From the NCBI GenBank assembly GCA_963579735.1, contig CAUZIB010000005.1, forward strand, positions 6,463 through 70,462: a stretch of DNA of 64,000 nt, given 5' to 3'. Position numbers and translations under genes: made by a program. Shown one piece after another: positions 28,823-37,576 of the stretch (positions are counted from its first letter, which is position 1; each line of letters starts with the position of its first letter). The notes under the pieces are model-generated. The model was not told the DNA's origin, made no database searches, and worked only from the letters and a program-made list of their open reading frames with translations. The stretch comes from Vicinamibacteria bacterium (GTDB lineage Bacteria > Acidobacteriota > Vicinamibacteria > Vicinamibacterales > UBA8438).

Positions 28823-29245
28823 TTAGTCCTCCCCCCCGTGCGCCCGCCCTCGTAGTTCCTTTGTCTGGCCACGGCGCCGTTTCGCGTCGAGCCTTTTTTC
28901 GCGGGCAGCTGGACGAGGTCTTGTGGGTCGCCGCGCTTTCGGAGGGCGTGCCGCACGCCCCAACAGCTCGGCCAGCCGCCGTCTGGCCGCTGTGCGGTTC
29001 TGGCCCTGCGTCCGATGCTCACGGCTGTCGATTACGAGGACGCCTCTCGACGAGACTCGGCTGCCAGCCAGCGCGATCAGTCGCGCCTTGAATTCGGGAG
29101 CGAAAGACGAGTTTTCTACATCAAAGCGCAACTCCACCGCGGTCGCGACCTTGTTGACGTTTTGCCCACCCGGTCCCGAAGCGCGCACGAAGCGTTCCTC
29201 TAATTCGTGTTCCTCGATCCAGACGGTGTCGCAGACCTTGATCAT
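28823..29245 (-). CDS. arfB: Alternative ribosome-rescue factor B (peptidyl-tRNA hydrolase, ICT1/YaeJ family)
   Basis: MIKV... start, GGQ motif SGPGGQNVNKV, basic C-terminal tail; 140 aa. Confidence 0.85.
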   Translation of the reverse strand: MIKVCDTVWIEEHELEERFVRASGPGGQNVNKVATAVELRFDVENSSFAPEFKARLIALAGSRVSSRGVLVIDSREHRTQGQNRTAARRRLAELLGRAARPPKARRPTRPRPAAREKRLDAKRRRGQTKELRGRAHGGED

Positions 29246-29478
29246 GGCCACTTGAGATCTAGCCCGCCAGCCTTCTCGTAAAGTGTGCGTGTCGGCGCTC
29301 CGCTGTACGGTGGAGCGCATCAAGCGCCACTATTCTAGCAACCTTCAAGCAGGGCGGCGTTTCTGGCGTCTTACTTCGCTTCCCGTCGAGCACACGACGC
29401 CAACTCGAAGATACGGCGCCGGAGATGGGCGGGGTGGACGGCTGGACTCTGCGAAATGGGTGGCGCGATACCCGCGGC

Positions 29479-29868
29479 TTGCTCTCGTCCACGAGAGCAA
29501 TGCAGAATCGGGATAGGGGGGCACCTCACGGTGCCGCCCCTCCCAGCTCTCGCTGGGTTTACTGCCGCCTGTCGCTCATGAGATACCCGTCTCTACTAGC
29601 CACTCCGTTACCCCCCTCACGGGGAGCCGTTCAGGCCTTCGGTGAGGTGAGACCTCCGGTGCTCCGGCTCGTTTCCGCTACCTACTATGCCATCTGCTGA
29701 CTCCTGGGCCGCGGGCAGGTCCACTTCGTGTGACTTCGACTGCGATAGTTCGTCATGGAGACTCCCTGTCGTGATGCTTTGGCGGCTCACGTTCGGGAGT
29801 TCCTCATTCCACTTCCGGAACTGTCAAACTCTGGGTGCCGCCCCGGCAAAGCCTGGGGGTCTCCCCCG
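29479..29868 (-). ncRNA. Candidate large structured RNA, family unassigned
   Basis: No credible coding frame. At least 9 perfect local helices, three of them GNRA-capped when read on the minus strand (GUGA, GAGA, GUGA), plus a terminal 9-bp hairpin. See findings. Confidence 0.5.
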
Positions 29869-29874
29869 TTTACG

Positions 29875-30650
29875 CTAGAGGGGGCGAGCCGAGGGCAGGT
29901 CGAGAAGCTCCGCGGATAACAATCGCCGTTCACACATGCTCTTGGATGTGTACTCGACGTCGCTGGGGCGTGGTGCGTCTTGCGTCTCGATGGCCGCTTC
30001 GTTGAAATCGAGAAAGAACCAGGCAATCTGTCTCCCCTCGAGTGCGGAGGCAGAATAGCGCTGCTCAGCGTTGTCCGCATATTCGCCCAACCACGTTCGA
30101 CCCACCAGGATGGGACCGTGCCGACCGGGAATCACGACGGCAAGGTCATACACACCCAGTCTCTCCACCAGTCCTGCGAGCCGCCGGAGCAGCGGAATGT
30201 TGTCATCGGTATGAGTGTTCGGCTCGTCGAGACCCGTTCTTCGCTGCTCGGGGAGTGTGGAGCTGTAGTTCAGGTCGACGTAGTTGGACCGGGCGTGAAT
30301 GTCGAGACTTCCGGGTTCTCGACAAAGCTCTCAATGAGATTCTGGGGGATGAGACGCGTCACGAAATCGACACGGGCGCTCTGACCAATCCGATTCGCTC
30401 CCCGAGCGAGACGCGAGCACGGATCGGGCCGCTCGAAGTACTTCCCAAACCAGACCCGTCCGGTCAGATGCTCTAACACGTCCGAGATATCCACATCATC
30501 CGTCAGGTCGATGGAGGCCCCGAGACCGGCTGAGAATCCGCGTGGCAAGTAGCTCATGCTCACGCCATATTCGTTGAAAATCTTCAGTAAGAGGTCCGCG
30601 TATATGGGGAGTGACGGAGGTTCTCTACGTTGGCGTCCTCCTGGCCGCGG
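29875..30650 (-). pseudogene. Unassignable protein-coding remnant (frameshifted, start-less)
   Basis: ORFs 30270-30563 and 29875-30168 join into one ~255-codon frame through a shift near 30300-30320. The frame stays open upstream to 30650 with no ATG, GTG or TTG. Confidence 0.45.
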
Positions 30651-31929
30651 TTACGAGGTTTGGGATCGTCGTCGCACGCTACTTGAGTGCCGTATGGCGC
30701 TGGGGTGCCGCCCAACACCCGCGCCGTGTGGTTGTCGGGTGGGCGATGCTCAACACGTATTTCGTGCTGTCGCTGTCGTGGTTTGGCGTCGCCCGAGACG
30801 ACGCGATCCTTCAACTTCAGGCCAAGGAGTCCTTCTACAACTGGCAGCGGTCACAGGAAGTACTCGCCACCCTCGAGACGCTCAGCGGTTCCTCGATGCA
30901 GGCTGCGACCCGCTTGGCCCAAACCCTCCCCGTACGTCGTCCTGACATCTTTCTGTTTGAGGTCGAGTCGTATGGCGCCACGCTATGGGCGGACGACGAC
31001 TACGAAGTTGCCCGACAGGGACTGATGCGCCGAGTGCAGAGCGAGCTGGACGAACTGCAACTCCCGATTGTCACACGCTTCGCGACCTCTCCCGGATACG
31101 GCGGTGGGTTCTGGATGAGCAAGGCGTCGTCTTTGAGCGGGATAAAGATCTCGTCCCATTCGACGCACTTGGCCTGGAAGCAAATTGCCAGCCAGTATCC
31201 TCACTTGGTCTCCTACCTGAACCGCAACGGCTATTACACGCTCGCCGTTCAGCCCGCCACCCTATGGACGGACGGACTGTACGGCTACGACGAAGTCATC
31301 GTGCGCGATGACTTCTCATGCGACGGCTCCTTCTACGGGTTCGGTCACGTTCCAGACCAATGGTCGCTTGACTACGCCTTTACCCACCACTGGAGCAAAC
31401 ACCCACGGCCTCGCCTCTTTCACTTCTCGACCGTGTCCACCCACTTTGCGTGGGAACCGCCGCCGCAGATCACAGACGACGTCGCGGAACTCGAAGCGCC
31501 ACAACCCTCCTTCCTCGAGACCCGGCCCGGCTACGTGGAGCTCGCGCTGACGGTGCCCAAGGTCGGAAGCGCAACTACTTCGTCACCGTCGCCTACGAGT
31601 GGGAGTTGCTGCTCGCGGCGTTCCGACATCGCATCGAGCCAGGATTCATCGCGTTGATTTATGGAGACCACCAGCCGCCGTTCATTGCAAACGGACGGGG
31701 CGACAACGATGTCGCGGTTCATGTCATAACCGATATTCTCGAGCTATTGGGCCCCTTGGCGGAGGCCGGCTTCGCCGCGGGAAGCTCAACGCCTTGGACA
31801 TCCGCCTCGGAAGAGTTCCGGATCGAAGGGTTCTATTCGTTCGTCGTGAGCCTGCTGTCGACACAGGGTGGAGCCGACTTGGAGTACAGCCCCCAGGCCT
31901 TCTCCGTCCCGACGATGCCGACCTGGTAG
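30611..31929 (+). pseudogene. Sulfatase/LTA-synthase-like (alkaline phosphatase superfamily) membrane protein, frameshifted and probably 5'-truncated
   Basis: DIFLFEVESYG and YGDHQPP motifs. Reading frame changes near 31565 (ORF 30611-31657 to ORF 31450-31929). Only about 2 N-terminal TM helices. Confidence 0.6.
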
Positions 31930-32065
31930 CCCCACGGGCTCCGCTCAGCGAGTGCCGGCAACGGGGCCACACACCCAGGGACCTTCTTGATACGATCGGA
32001 CCCGCCGCGATAGTGCAGGAGCGTGTGCCTTTCGCGTCTCTTGGATTGCGAGCACGAGGTTTTCG

Positions 32066-33178
32066 ATGGGCTGCTGCGAAGCGACACAACCGCGTATACG
32101 AGGAGTCGGGCCGAACCGACGGTCTGAGGCTCGTCGTGCGACCGACACGATCCAGTGGCCCGAACTCGGTGACCGGTGGAATCGTCGGACCGCACTGAAG
32201 AGTCTGCTTGGCGCCGCTGGCGTCGTCGCGGTCAGCGGATGCTCCACGACACCAGAAGAAGGCACGAACAGCATACAACTGGCCTTTTGCGGGCAGCTTC
32301 TCTGTGTCGTGCCGTATGAGGTCGCCCAAGCACGAGGACACTTTGCCGACCAGGGACTTGCCGTGGAGCTGGTCTACACCCGGGGCGGGACGGCCGCCAT
32401 GCAAGCGCTTGTCGCGGGCGGGGTCGACTATGCGGGCACGTCGTTTGACGTCGCGCTGCAGGCCGTGGCGAATGGTGCGAACATTCGGCGGTTTGCCTCG
32501 ACCGGTCGATTACCGTTGTTCGCACTCGCGGTCGCACCAGACCACACGGAGACGATTCGCACGGTCCGCGCGCTGGAAGGCCGGACGGTGGGTGTGTCTG
32601 GTCTTGGCAACGCGGACCATGCGCTGCTGCTGTTCTTACTGGACCAAGCCGGAGCCGACTCGACAAGTGTCGACTTCGCCACGATCGGGACGAATCTCTT
32701 CGATGCCCTTCGGATAGGGCAGGTCGACGCGGCAATGCTCCAGGAGCCGGCTCTCTCGCTGATCATCGACGCCGGGGGCCGCGAGCTCGTGAACTTCATG
32801 GAACTCGAACAAGCGCGACAATACCTGGGCGGAGCCTACGAATTCATGGGTGTCTCGGTGCGAACCGAAGAACGCGACGAGCGCCTCCCAGAAATGCGCC
32901 GGCTCGCCGCCGCCTTGGCCGCGGGTCTGGCCGACACGCGAACGCTCCCCCCCGCCGACATTGTTGCCGCGTTGCCATCCGCTCTCGTCGCCGGAGGAAA
33001 CCTGGGTCAGCTCGAACAGATTATCGAGCGCTACCGACTGTCGCTCTACCCCGAACACGTTGGGATCGACATCGACGCCGCGCAGCGCGTGGTCGAAGCC
33101 CAAGAAGTCGCCGGGCTCTTGAGCCCCGGACAAGTCGACATAGCGACGTGGCTGGATACTGAGGTCCTCGAGGGCTAG
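32066..33178 (+). CDS. ABC transporter substrate-binding protein (NMT1/SsuA/TauA-like), Tat-lipoprotein
   Basis: NRRTALKSLLGAAGVVAVSGC (twin-Arg plus lipobox). NitT/TauT-type periplasmic domain next to a matching ATPase and permease. Confidence 0.75.
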   Translation: MGCCEATQPRIRGVGPNRRSEARRATDTIQWPELGDRWNRRTALKSLLGAAGVVAVSGCSTTPEEGTNSIQLAFCGQLLCVVPYEVAQARGHFADQGLAVELVYTRGGTAAMQALVAGGVDYAGTSFDVALQAVANGANIRRFASTGRLPLFALAVAPDHTETIRTVRALEGRTVGVSGLGNADHALLLFLLDQAGADSTSVDFATIGTNLFDALRIGQVDAAMLQEPALSLIIDAGGRELVNFMELEQARQYLGGAYEFMGVSVRTEERDERLPEMRRLAAALAAGLADTRTLPPADIVAALPSALVAGGNLGQLEQIIERYRLSLYPEHVGIDIDAAQRVVEAQEVAGLLSPGQVDIATWLDTEVLEG

Positions 33179-33260
33179 TGGACGGCCACTGCAAACCGCT
33201 GACTCCCATCAGCGTCTGGGCCGTCGTCTGGCCGCCCGCCCCCAGGCGCGGAACGAGTCG

Positions 33261-34013
33261 ATGCTGAGGGTCCGCGACCTGGCCGTCAGCTACGATGACC
33301 AACTGGTGATCGAAGGAATCGACCTCGACGTCGAAACGGGAAAGTTTGCGAGCCTCGTTGGTCCGTCCGGCTCCGGGAAGACAAGCATCCTCCGGGTGGT
33401 CACCGAACTCGTACGTCCAGAGCGTGGCACTGTCGAACTCGACGTCCCCCTCACTGATGTTGGGTTCTTGTTTCAAGACGACGCCCTCCTGCCATGGCGC
33501 ACGGTGAAGGAGAATGTCGGCCTCGGCCTACGCATCCGAGGCCATCAGTCGCCCGAAGTTGACGATCGGGCCGAACATTGGCTCGAGCTCCTAGGGCTCA
33601 AAGGATACGGTGGCCGCTATCCCAGCCAACTCTCTGGCGGCCAGCGAAAACGGGTCGCGCTCGCCCAGATCCTCGCGTTGCGGCCCCAGTTGCTGCTCAT
33701 GGACGAGCCATTCGCTTCATTGGATGCCATCGTGCGGACCCGCATCACGCAGGAGCTCCTGGATTGGGTGGAGCGCGAGCATTTCACCGTGCTGCTAGTC
33801 ACCCACGACCTGGAAGAGGCCGTCAGCGCATCAGATGTCGTCTACGTCCTCGGGCACGGACCGGGTGCGACGATCCATGCGCGCTACGACGTCGAGATTC
33901 CTCGTCCCCGGAATGTGCTCGACACTCGTCGTCATCCAGCATTCGGCCCTCTTCTCGCAAAGCTGTGGGACGACCTGTCCGAAACCCGACGTGGAGAAAA
34001 CCCCCGACCGTGA
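33261..34013 (+). CDS. ABC transporter ATP-binding protein (NitT/TauT family)
   Basis: Walker A GPSGSGKTS, signature LSGGQRKR, Walker B LLLMDEPF. Confidence 0.9.
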   Translation: MLRVRDLAVSYDDQLVIEGIDLDVETGKFASLVGPSGSGKTSILRVVTELVRPERGTVELDVPLTDVGFLFQDDALLPWRTVKENVGLGLRIRGHQSPEVDDRAEHWLELLGLKGYGGRYPSQLSGGQRKRVALAQILALRPQLLLMDEPFASLDAIVRTRITQELLDWVEREHFTVLLVTHDLEEAVSASDVVYVLGHGPGATIHARYDVEIPRPRNVLDTRRHPAFGPLLAKLWDDLSETRRGENPRP

Positions 34014-34771
34014 CGACCCAAGGCCACGCGCCGAAAATCCGCCGCGGTCTCGCGCTTGTACTTCTGGTCGGCGTGTGGGAGACGCTCTCGCAGGTCGGGT
34101 ACTGGGATCCGTTTTATGCACCGCCCCCGTCGGCGGTCGGGTCGGTGATGTTCGGTCTGGTTGCCGACGGCGAGCTGTGGCCCCATCTCGGGGCGACCGC
34201 TCTCGCCGCGTTCGGAGGCCTGGTCGGAGGCCTCCTCCTGGGGATCACGCTGGGCTTTGTCGCTGCACTCTTCCCACTGTTGGCCGAGCTCCTCGAGCCG
34301 GTCATGATCCTTCTCAACGCGATTCCGCGTGTCATTCTGGCGCCGCTGTTTGTCATCTGGCTTGGCATCGGGCTCGCCTCCAAGCTGGCACTGGCGACCA
34401 TCCTGGTCGCGGTCCTCATCTTTTTCGCCGTCTACAAAGGTATCCAGGAAGTCGACCAACGTCTCGTCGAGCGAATCCGGACGCTGGGTGGCGGCCGTCG
34501 AGTCTTGATTCAGCACGTGTATGTGCCTTCGGTGACGGCCTGGGTCATGGGGAACTTCAAGGTCGCAGTGGGGTTCGCATTCACGGGTGCCGTCGTCGGC
34601 GAGTTCGTCGCGTCGAGCCGCGGGCTCGGCTACTTGCTTCAGTTTGCGCAAAGCACATACAACGCCGCGCTTACAATCGCTTTGATTCTCGTCATCATGG
34701 GATTCGTGTTGGTGCTTTTCTCCGTCGCCGAGCGTGTCGAACGACATCTGCTGCGGTGGAGGCATCTCTAG
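34010..34771 (+). CDS. ABC transporter permease (SsuC/TauC-like)
   Basis: GTGA overlap with the ATPase stop, 6 TM helices, EAA-like loop QEVDQRLVERIRTLGG. Confidence 0.8.
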   Translation: MTTQGHAPKIRRGLALVLLVGVWETLSQVGYWDPFYAPPPSAVGSVMFGLVADGELWPHLGATALAAFGGLVGGLLLGITLGFVAALFPLLAELLEPVMILLNAIPRVILAPLFVIWLGIGLASKLALATILVAVLIFFAVYKGIQEVDQRLVERIRTLGGGRRVLIQHVYVPSVTAWVMGNFKVAVGFAFTGAVVGEFVASSRGLGYLLQFAQSTYNAALTIALILVIMGFVLVLFSVAERVERHLLRWRHL

Positions 34772-34935
34772 CGGGACTGTCGCGCACCGCGGGATCCGTC
34801 CTGAGCCGGCGCCAAACCCCGGGCGCGGCGCCACCAGGCCGGCTGACCACGGACCCTTGTCGCGTCAGCCTACCCTCGCTATAGTGAGGCGACTCGCGCG
34901 TGGCGCGCACATCTTTTGTCTGAAACGAGGAATCA

Positions 34936-35493
34936 ATGGCAAGAATTTATCTGGTGAAGCGGCCGATGTATCGGGCGTGCATACTCGGCGTCCTCGCCGT
35001 CGTTGGAATCGGAGCGCTCTCGGTAGCCGGCCTGCAAGCCCAAGACGAGGCACCGGACGGCGTGGTCAACTACACGCGGGTCGACGCGACAGTCGCGTGC
35101 GCCGGCGCCACGTCACCAGAAGCAATGTCGGCCCTCAAAGACCTCGGCTTCGCTTCTGTCATCAATTTTCGAACCGCCGAAGAAGACGGAGCAAATATCG
35201 AGGCCAGCCAGACAGCGGCCAGCGCGGCCGGGCTCACATACATCCACATTCCCTTCCGCGCACCGAGCGCCGAGAAAACAGAAGAGTTCCTGGCGGCAGT
35301 CGCGGAACCGGCCAACCAGCCCACCTTTATCCACTGCGCCTCGGCCAACCGGGTCGGCGCGATGTGGTATATCAAACGCGTCACCCAGGACGGTTGGGAG
35401 CACGACCGCGCGATGGCCGAAGCCGAGACCATCGGTCTGCGGAGTGAACGGCTCAAGGAGTTTGCTCAAAGCTACGTCGCCGGTACCCTCTAA
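34936..35493 (+). CDS. Exported Cys-based phosphatase-fold protein (DUF442/TIGR01244-like)
   Basis: Signal peptide, then FIHCASANRVG (a CX5R P-loop). Confidence 0.65.
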   Translation: MARIYLVKRPMYRACILGVLAVVGIGALSVAGLQAQDEAPDGVVNYTRVDATVACAGATSPEAMSALKDLGFASVINFRTAEEDGANIEASQTAASAAGLTYIHIPFRAPSAEKTEEFLAAVAEPANQPTFIHCASANRVGAMWYIKRVTQDGWEHDRAMAEAETIGLRSERLKEFAQSYVAGTL

Positions 35494-35580
35494 CCGCTCG
35501 CGCAGGCAGGCGGATGTTGCTGGGTCATTCGATGTGGCGCGACCCCGGGGACTGACCCACTGTGCACACGGCAAAAAGAA

Positions 35581-35618
35581 ACGGCCGACCTCTTGTTTAG
35601 AGGTCGGCCGTTTTTTTT
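35581..35618. terminator. Bidirectional rho-independent terminator
   Basis: Perfect 13-bp stem ACGGCCGACCTCT/AGAGGTCGGCCGT with a 5-nt loop, a T7 run downstream and an A-rich run upstream. Lies between convergent genes. Confidence 0.8.
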
Positions 35619-35654
35619 GTGCGTCGCGTCCCCGGCAAGACCCGGGCGCATTAT

Positions 35655-36572
35655 CTACTCCGCGAGGTGCTCCCGAAAGAAGCCAACCGTTCGATTCCAC
35701 GCCAAGGCCGCAGCCGCCTCGTTGTAGCGCGGCGTCGAGTTGTTGTGGAAGCCATGGAGCGTGCCTTCAAACTCGTGCTTCTCGTAGGTCACTGTGTTCG
35801 CGTCAAGCGCGGCTTCGTATTCGGGCCACATCGCATTGATACGGGGATCAGTCCCCGCAAGGATGATCATCAGAGCCGCCTTGATCTGGGACACGTCGGC
35901 ACTCGGCACGGCGGCCCCATAGAACGGAACACCGGCATCGAGATCGCTACCCAACGCCACCGCAAGACGGTTGGTCATCCCGCCGCCCCAGCAGAAACCC
36001 GTGGCCCCGAGTCGACCGTTGGACAATGCATGCGACTTGAGATAGCGGGCGCTGTTGATCATGTCTTGGTCCAACGTCTCCGGATCGATGCTTCGCTGGA
36101 GCGTTCGGCCATCATCGTCATTCCCCGGGTAACCGCCAACAGGCGACAATCCATCGGGCGCCAACGCCAAGAACCCGGCCACCGCGGCGCGGCGCGCCAC
36201 GTCCTCGATGTGAGGATTGAGCCCGCGATTCTCGTGCATGACCAGCACCGACGGAAACGGCCCCTCCCCCGTGGGTTGCACGAGGTATCCGCGCATGGTC
36301 CCGGACGTCCCCCCGGGTGACGGATACTCGACATAGGTGCCCTTCAGCCGCGAATCGGTGAACGAGATAGTCTGGGCCTCGGCGTAACGAGGCATCAATG
36401 CCTGCGCCATCCACAACGCCGACACACCGCCAATGGTGAGGGCGGCGGCGCGGCTGAGAAACTCGCGCCGGTCGATGTGGCCGTGACAATACTCGTCATA
36501 GAGGTCGAACACTCGAGGGTCTATCTCTTGTTGCGTCATCTCCTGCGTGTCCGTCTCGAATCTCTGGGTCAT
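35655..36572 (-). CDS. Dienelactone hydrolase family protein, Tat-exported
   Basis: AAGGAG ribosome-binding site, start MTQRFETD, Tat-like RREFLSRAAALTIGG, nucleophile GFCWGGG and C-terminal HGF. Confidence 0.8.
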   Translation of the reverse strand: MTQRFETDTQEMTQQEIDPRVFDLYDEYCHGHIDRREFLSRAAALTIGGVSALWMAQALMPRYAEAQTISFTDSRLKGTYVEYPSPGGTSGTMRGYLVQPTGEGPFPSVLVMHENRGLNPHIEDVARRAAVAGFLALAPDGLSPVGGYPGNDDDGRTLQRSIDPETLDQDMINSARYLKSHALSNGRLGATGFCWGGGMTNRLAVALGSDLDAGVPFYGAAVPSADVSQIKAALMIILAGTDPRINAMWPEYEAALDANTVTYEKHEFEGTLHGFHNNSTPRYNEAAAALAWNRTVGFFREHLAE

Positions 36573-36829
36573 GGTCCGCTCCTTGACGTGGCCCACCCGC
36601 AGCGGGCTCACGACGGCGGTGCCGGCCGGTCCCGATCTAGGGTGACTCGGCGCGACGTGGTTGCCTGTGTTCAATCTGTACTTGCTACTCCCCTTGCGTC
36701 GGATGTGTCTATGTCCCGAGATGTTCGTCGGTCATGATCGCCATGTCTTCTGGTCGCGTGCAGCCCGCCCTCACCGTCGTCGCGCCCGGCGCGAGTGCCT
36801 CGCCCGGTGCCAGCGTCGCGGCCGGCGTT

Positions 36830-37576
36830 CTACACGCCTCCGTACCAGTGAAAACCCCAATCCGAATTGATGCCCCCGGTACCTTTTCCAAATCCCACCA
36901 TCGAATCGACAACCTGGATCGATTTCAAGAACTTGAGATTCTTGTATCCGCACTGGCGTTCCACCCGCAATCGCACTGGAGCGCCATTTCCGACCGGCAG
37001 GTCCTGACCATTGAGGCTGTAGGCCACGATGGTTTGCGGGTGCACGACTTCAAACATGTCAATGCCTTCATACCACCCATCGACCGTGTCGATGACGACA
37101 TAGCGGGCGTCTGCGGTGACACCGCCGGCCGCCTCCAGCAGCCGAAGCAGTGGTGCTCCGGTCCACTGCGCGATTGCCGACCAGCCCTGCTCGCAGACGT
37201 GCGCCGTAATCTGACTCCGCGCCGGCAAGCGCCTGATGTCCTCGAGCGAGAGTGATGTCGGTCGCTCAACGAGACCGCTCACCGGCAGACGCCAATTGGC
37301 AAAGCGCTCGCGAAGATGTTGCTGGTATTCATCGTCCTTGGGGTTGGTTTGCCCCCAGGTAGGAAAGTTAGGCGCAATATCGGCACGCCGATACTCTCGG
37401 GCCAGCGGTTGGTCTCGTAACAGGAATCGGTTGAGACCCATCGTGAGAACGTCCGCGGCACCAACCAATCCGCCGCGCACCACGGGCGGGACCATCGCGT
37501 CTCGTGAACACCCACCCAGCAGGGCAGCCCCCAGGACTGGAGCGCTCGACAGCAGACGGCGGCGAGTCACACTCAT
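36830..37576 (-). CDS. Molybdopterin-dependent oxidoreductase (sulfite oxidase / YedY-like fold), Tat-lipoprotein
   Basis: MSVTRRRLLSSAPVLGAALLGGC, HVCEQGWS and NGAPVRLRVE motifs. ATGA overlap with the upstream cytochrome b gene. Confidence 0.8.
   Translation of the reverse strand: MSVTRRRLLSSAPVLGAALLGGCSRDAMVPPVVRGGLVGAADVLTMGLNRFLLRDQPLAREYRRADIAPNFPTWGQTNPKDDEYQQHLRERFANWRLPVSGLVERPTSLSLEDIRRLPARSQITAHVCEQGWSAIAQWTGAPLLRLLEAAGGVTADARYVVIDTVDGWYEGIDMFEVVHPQTIVAYSLNGQDLPVGNGAPVRLRVERQCGYKNLKFLKSIQVVDSMVGFGKGTGGINSDWGFHWYGGV

Noticed and set aside
29479-29868. Considered whether the structured region is RNase P RNA, tmRNA, SRP RNA, a cobalamin or other riboswitch, or group II intron domain V
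   Set aside because: On neither strand could I find GGAAAGTCCGG / ACAGAACCCGGCTTA (RNase P P4), a tRNA-like GGTTCGA...CCACCA end with a GGGG...TTCGAC 5' end (tmRNA), GTCCGGAAGGAAGCAGC (SRP), a B12 box, or a 34-nt AGC-bulge-GNRA domain V hairpin. It is therefore left unassigned rather than named.
29875-30563. Considered whether the ORF next to the RNA is TnpB/IscB, a retron reverse transcriptase or an IS110-type recombinase
   Set aside because: It is only about 230-255 codons long. It has no CxxC zinc-finger pairs, no RuvC-like D/E/D spacing I can recognise, no YxDD box and no HNH motif. The resemblance lies only in the gene-RNA layout.
33578-34884. Three overlapping 300-400-aa ORFs (33578-34771 +, 33835-34884 +, 33932-34834 -)
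   Set aside because: These are typical high-GC alternative-frame artefacts rich in R/P/A/G. Only the frame from GTG 34010 shows TM helices and an ABC-permease EAA loop, and it overlaps the ATPase stop in operon fashion.
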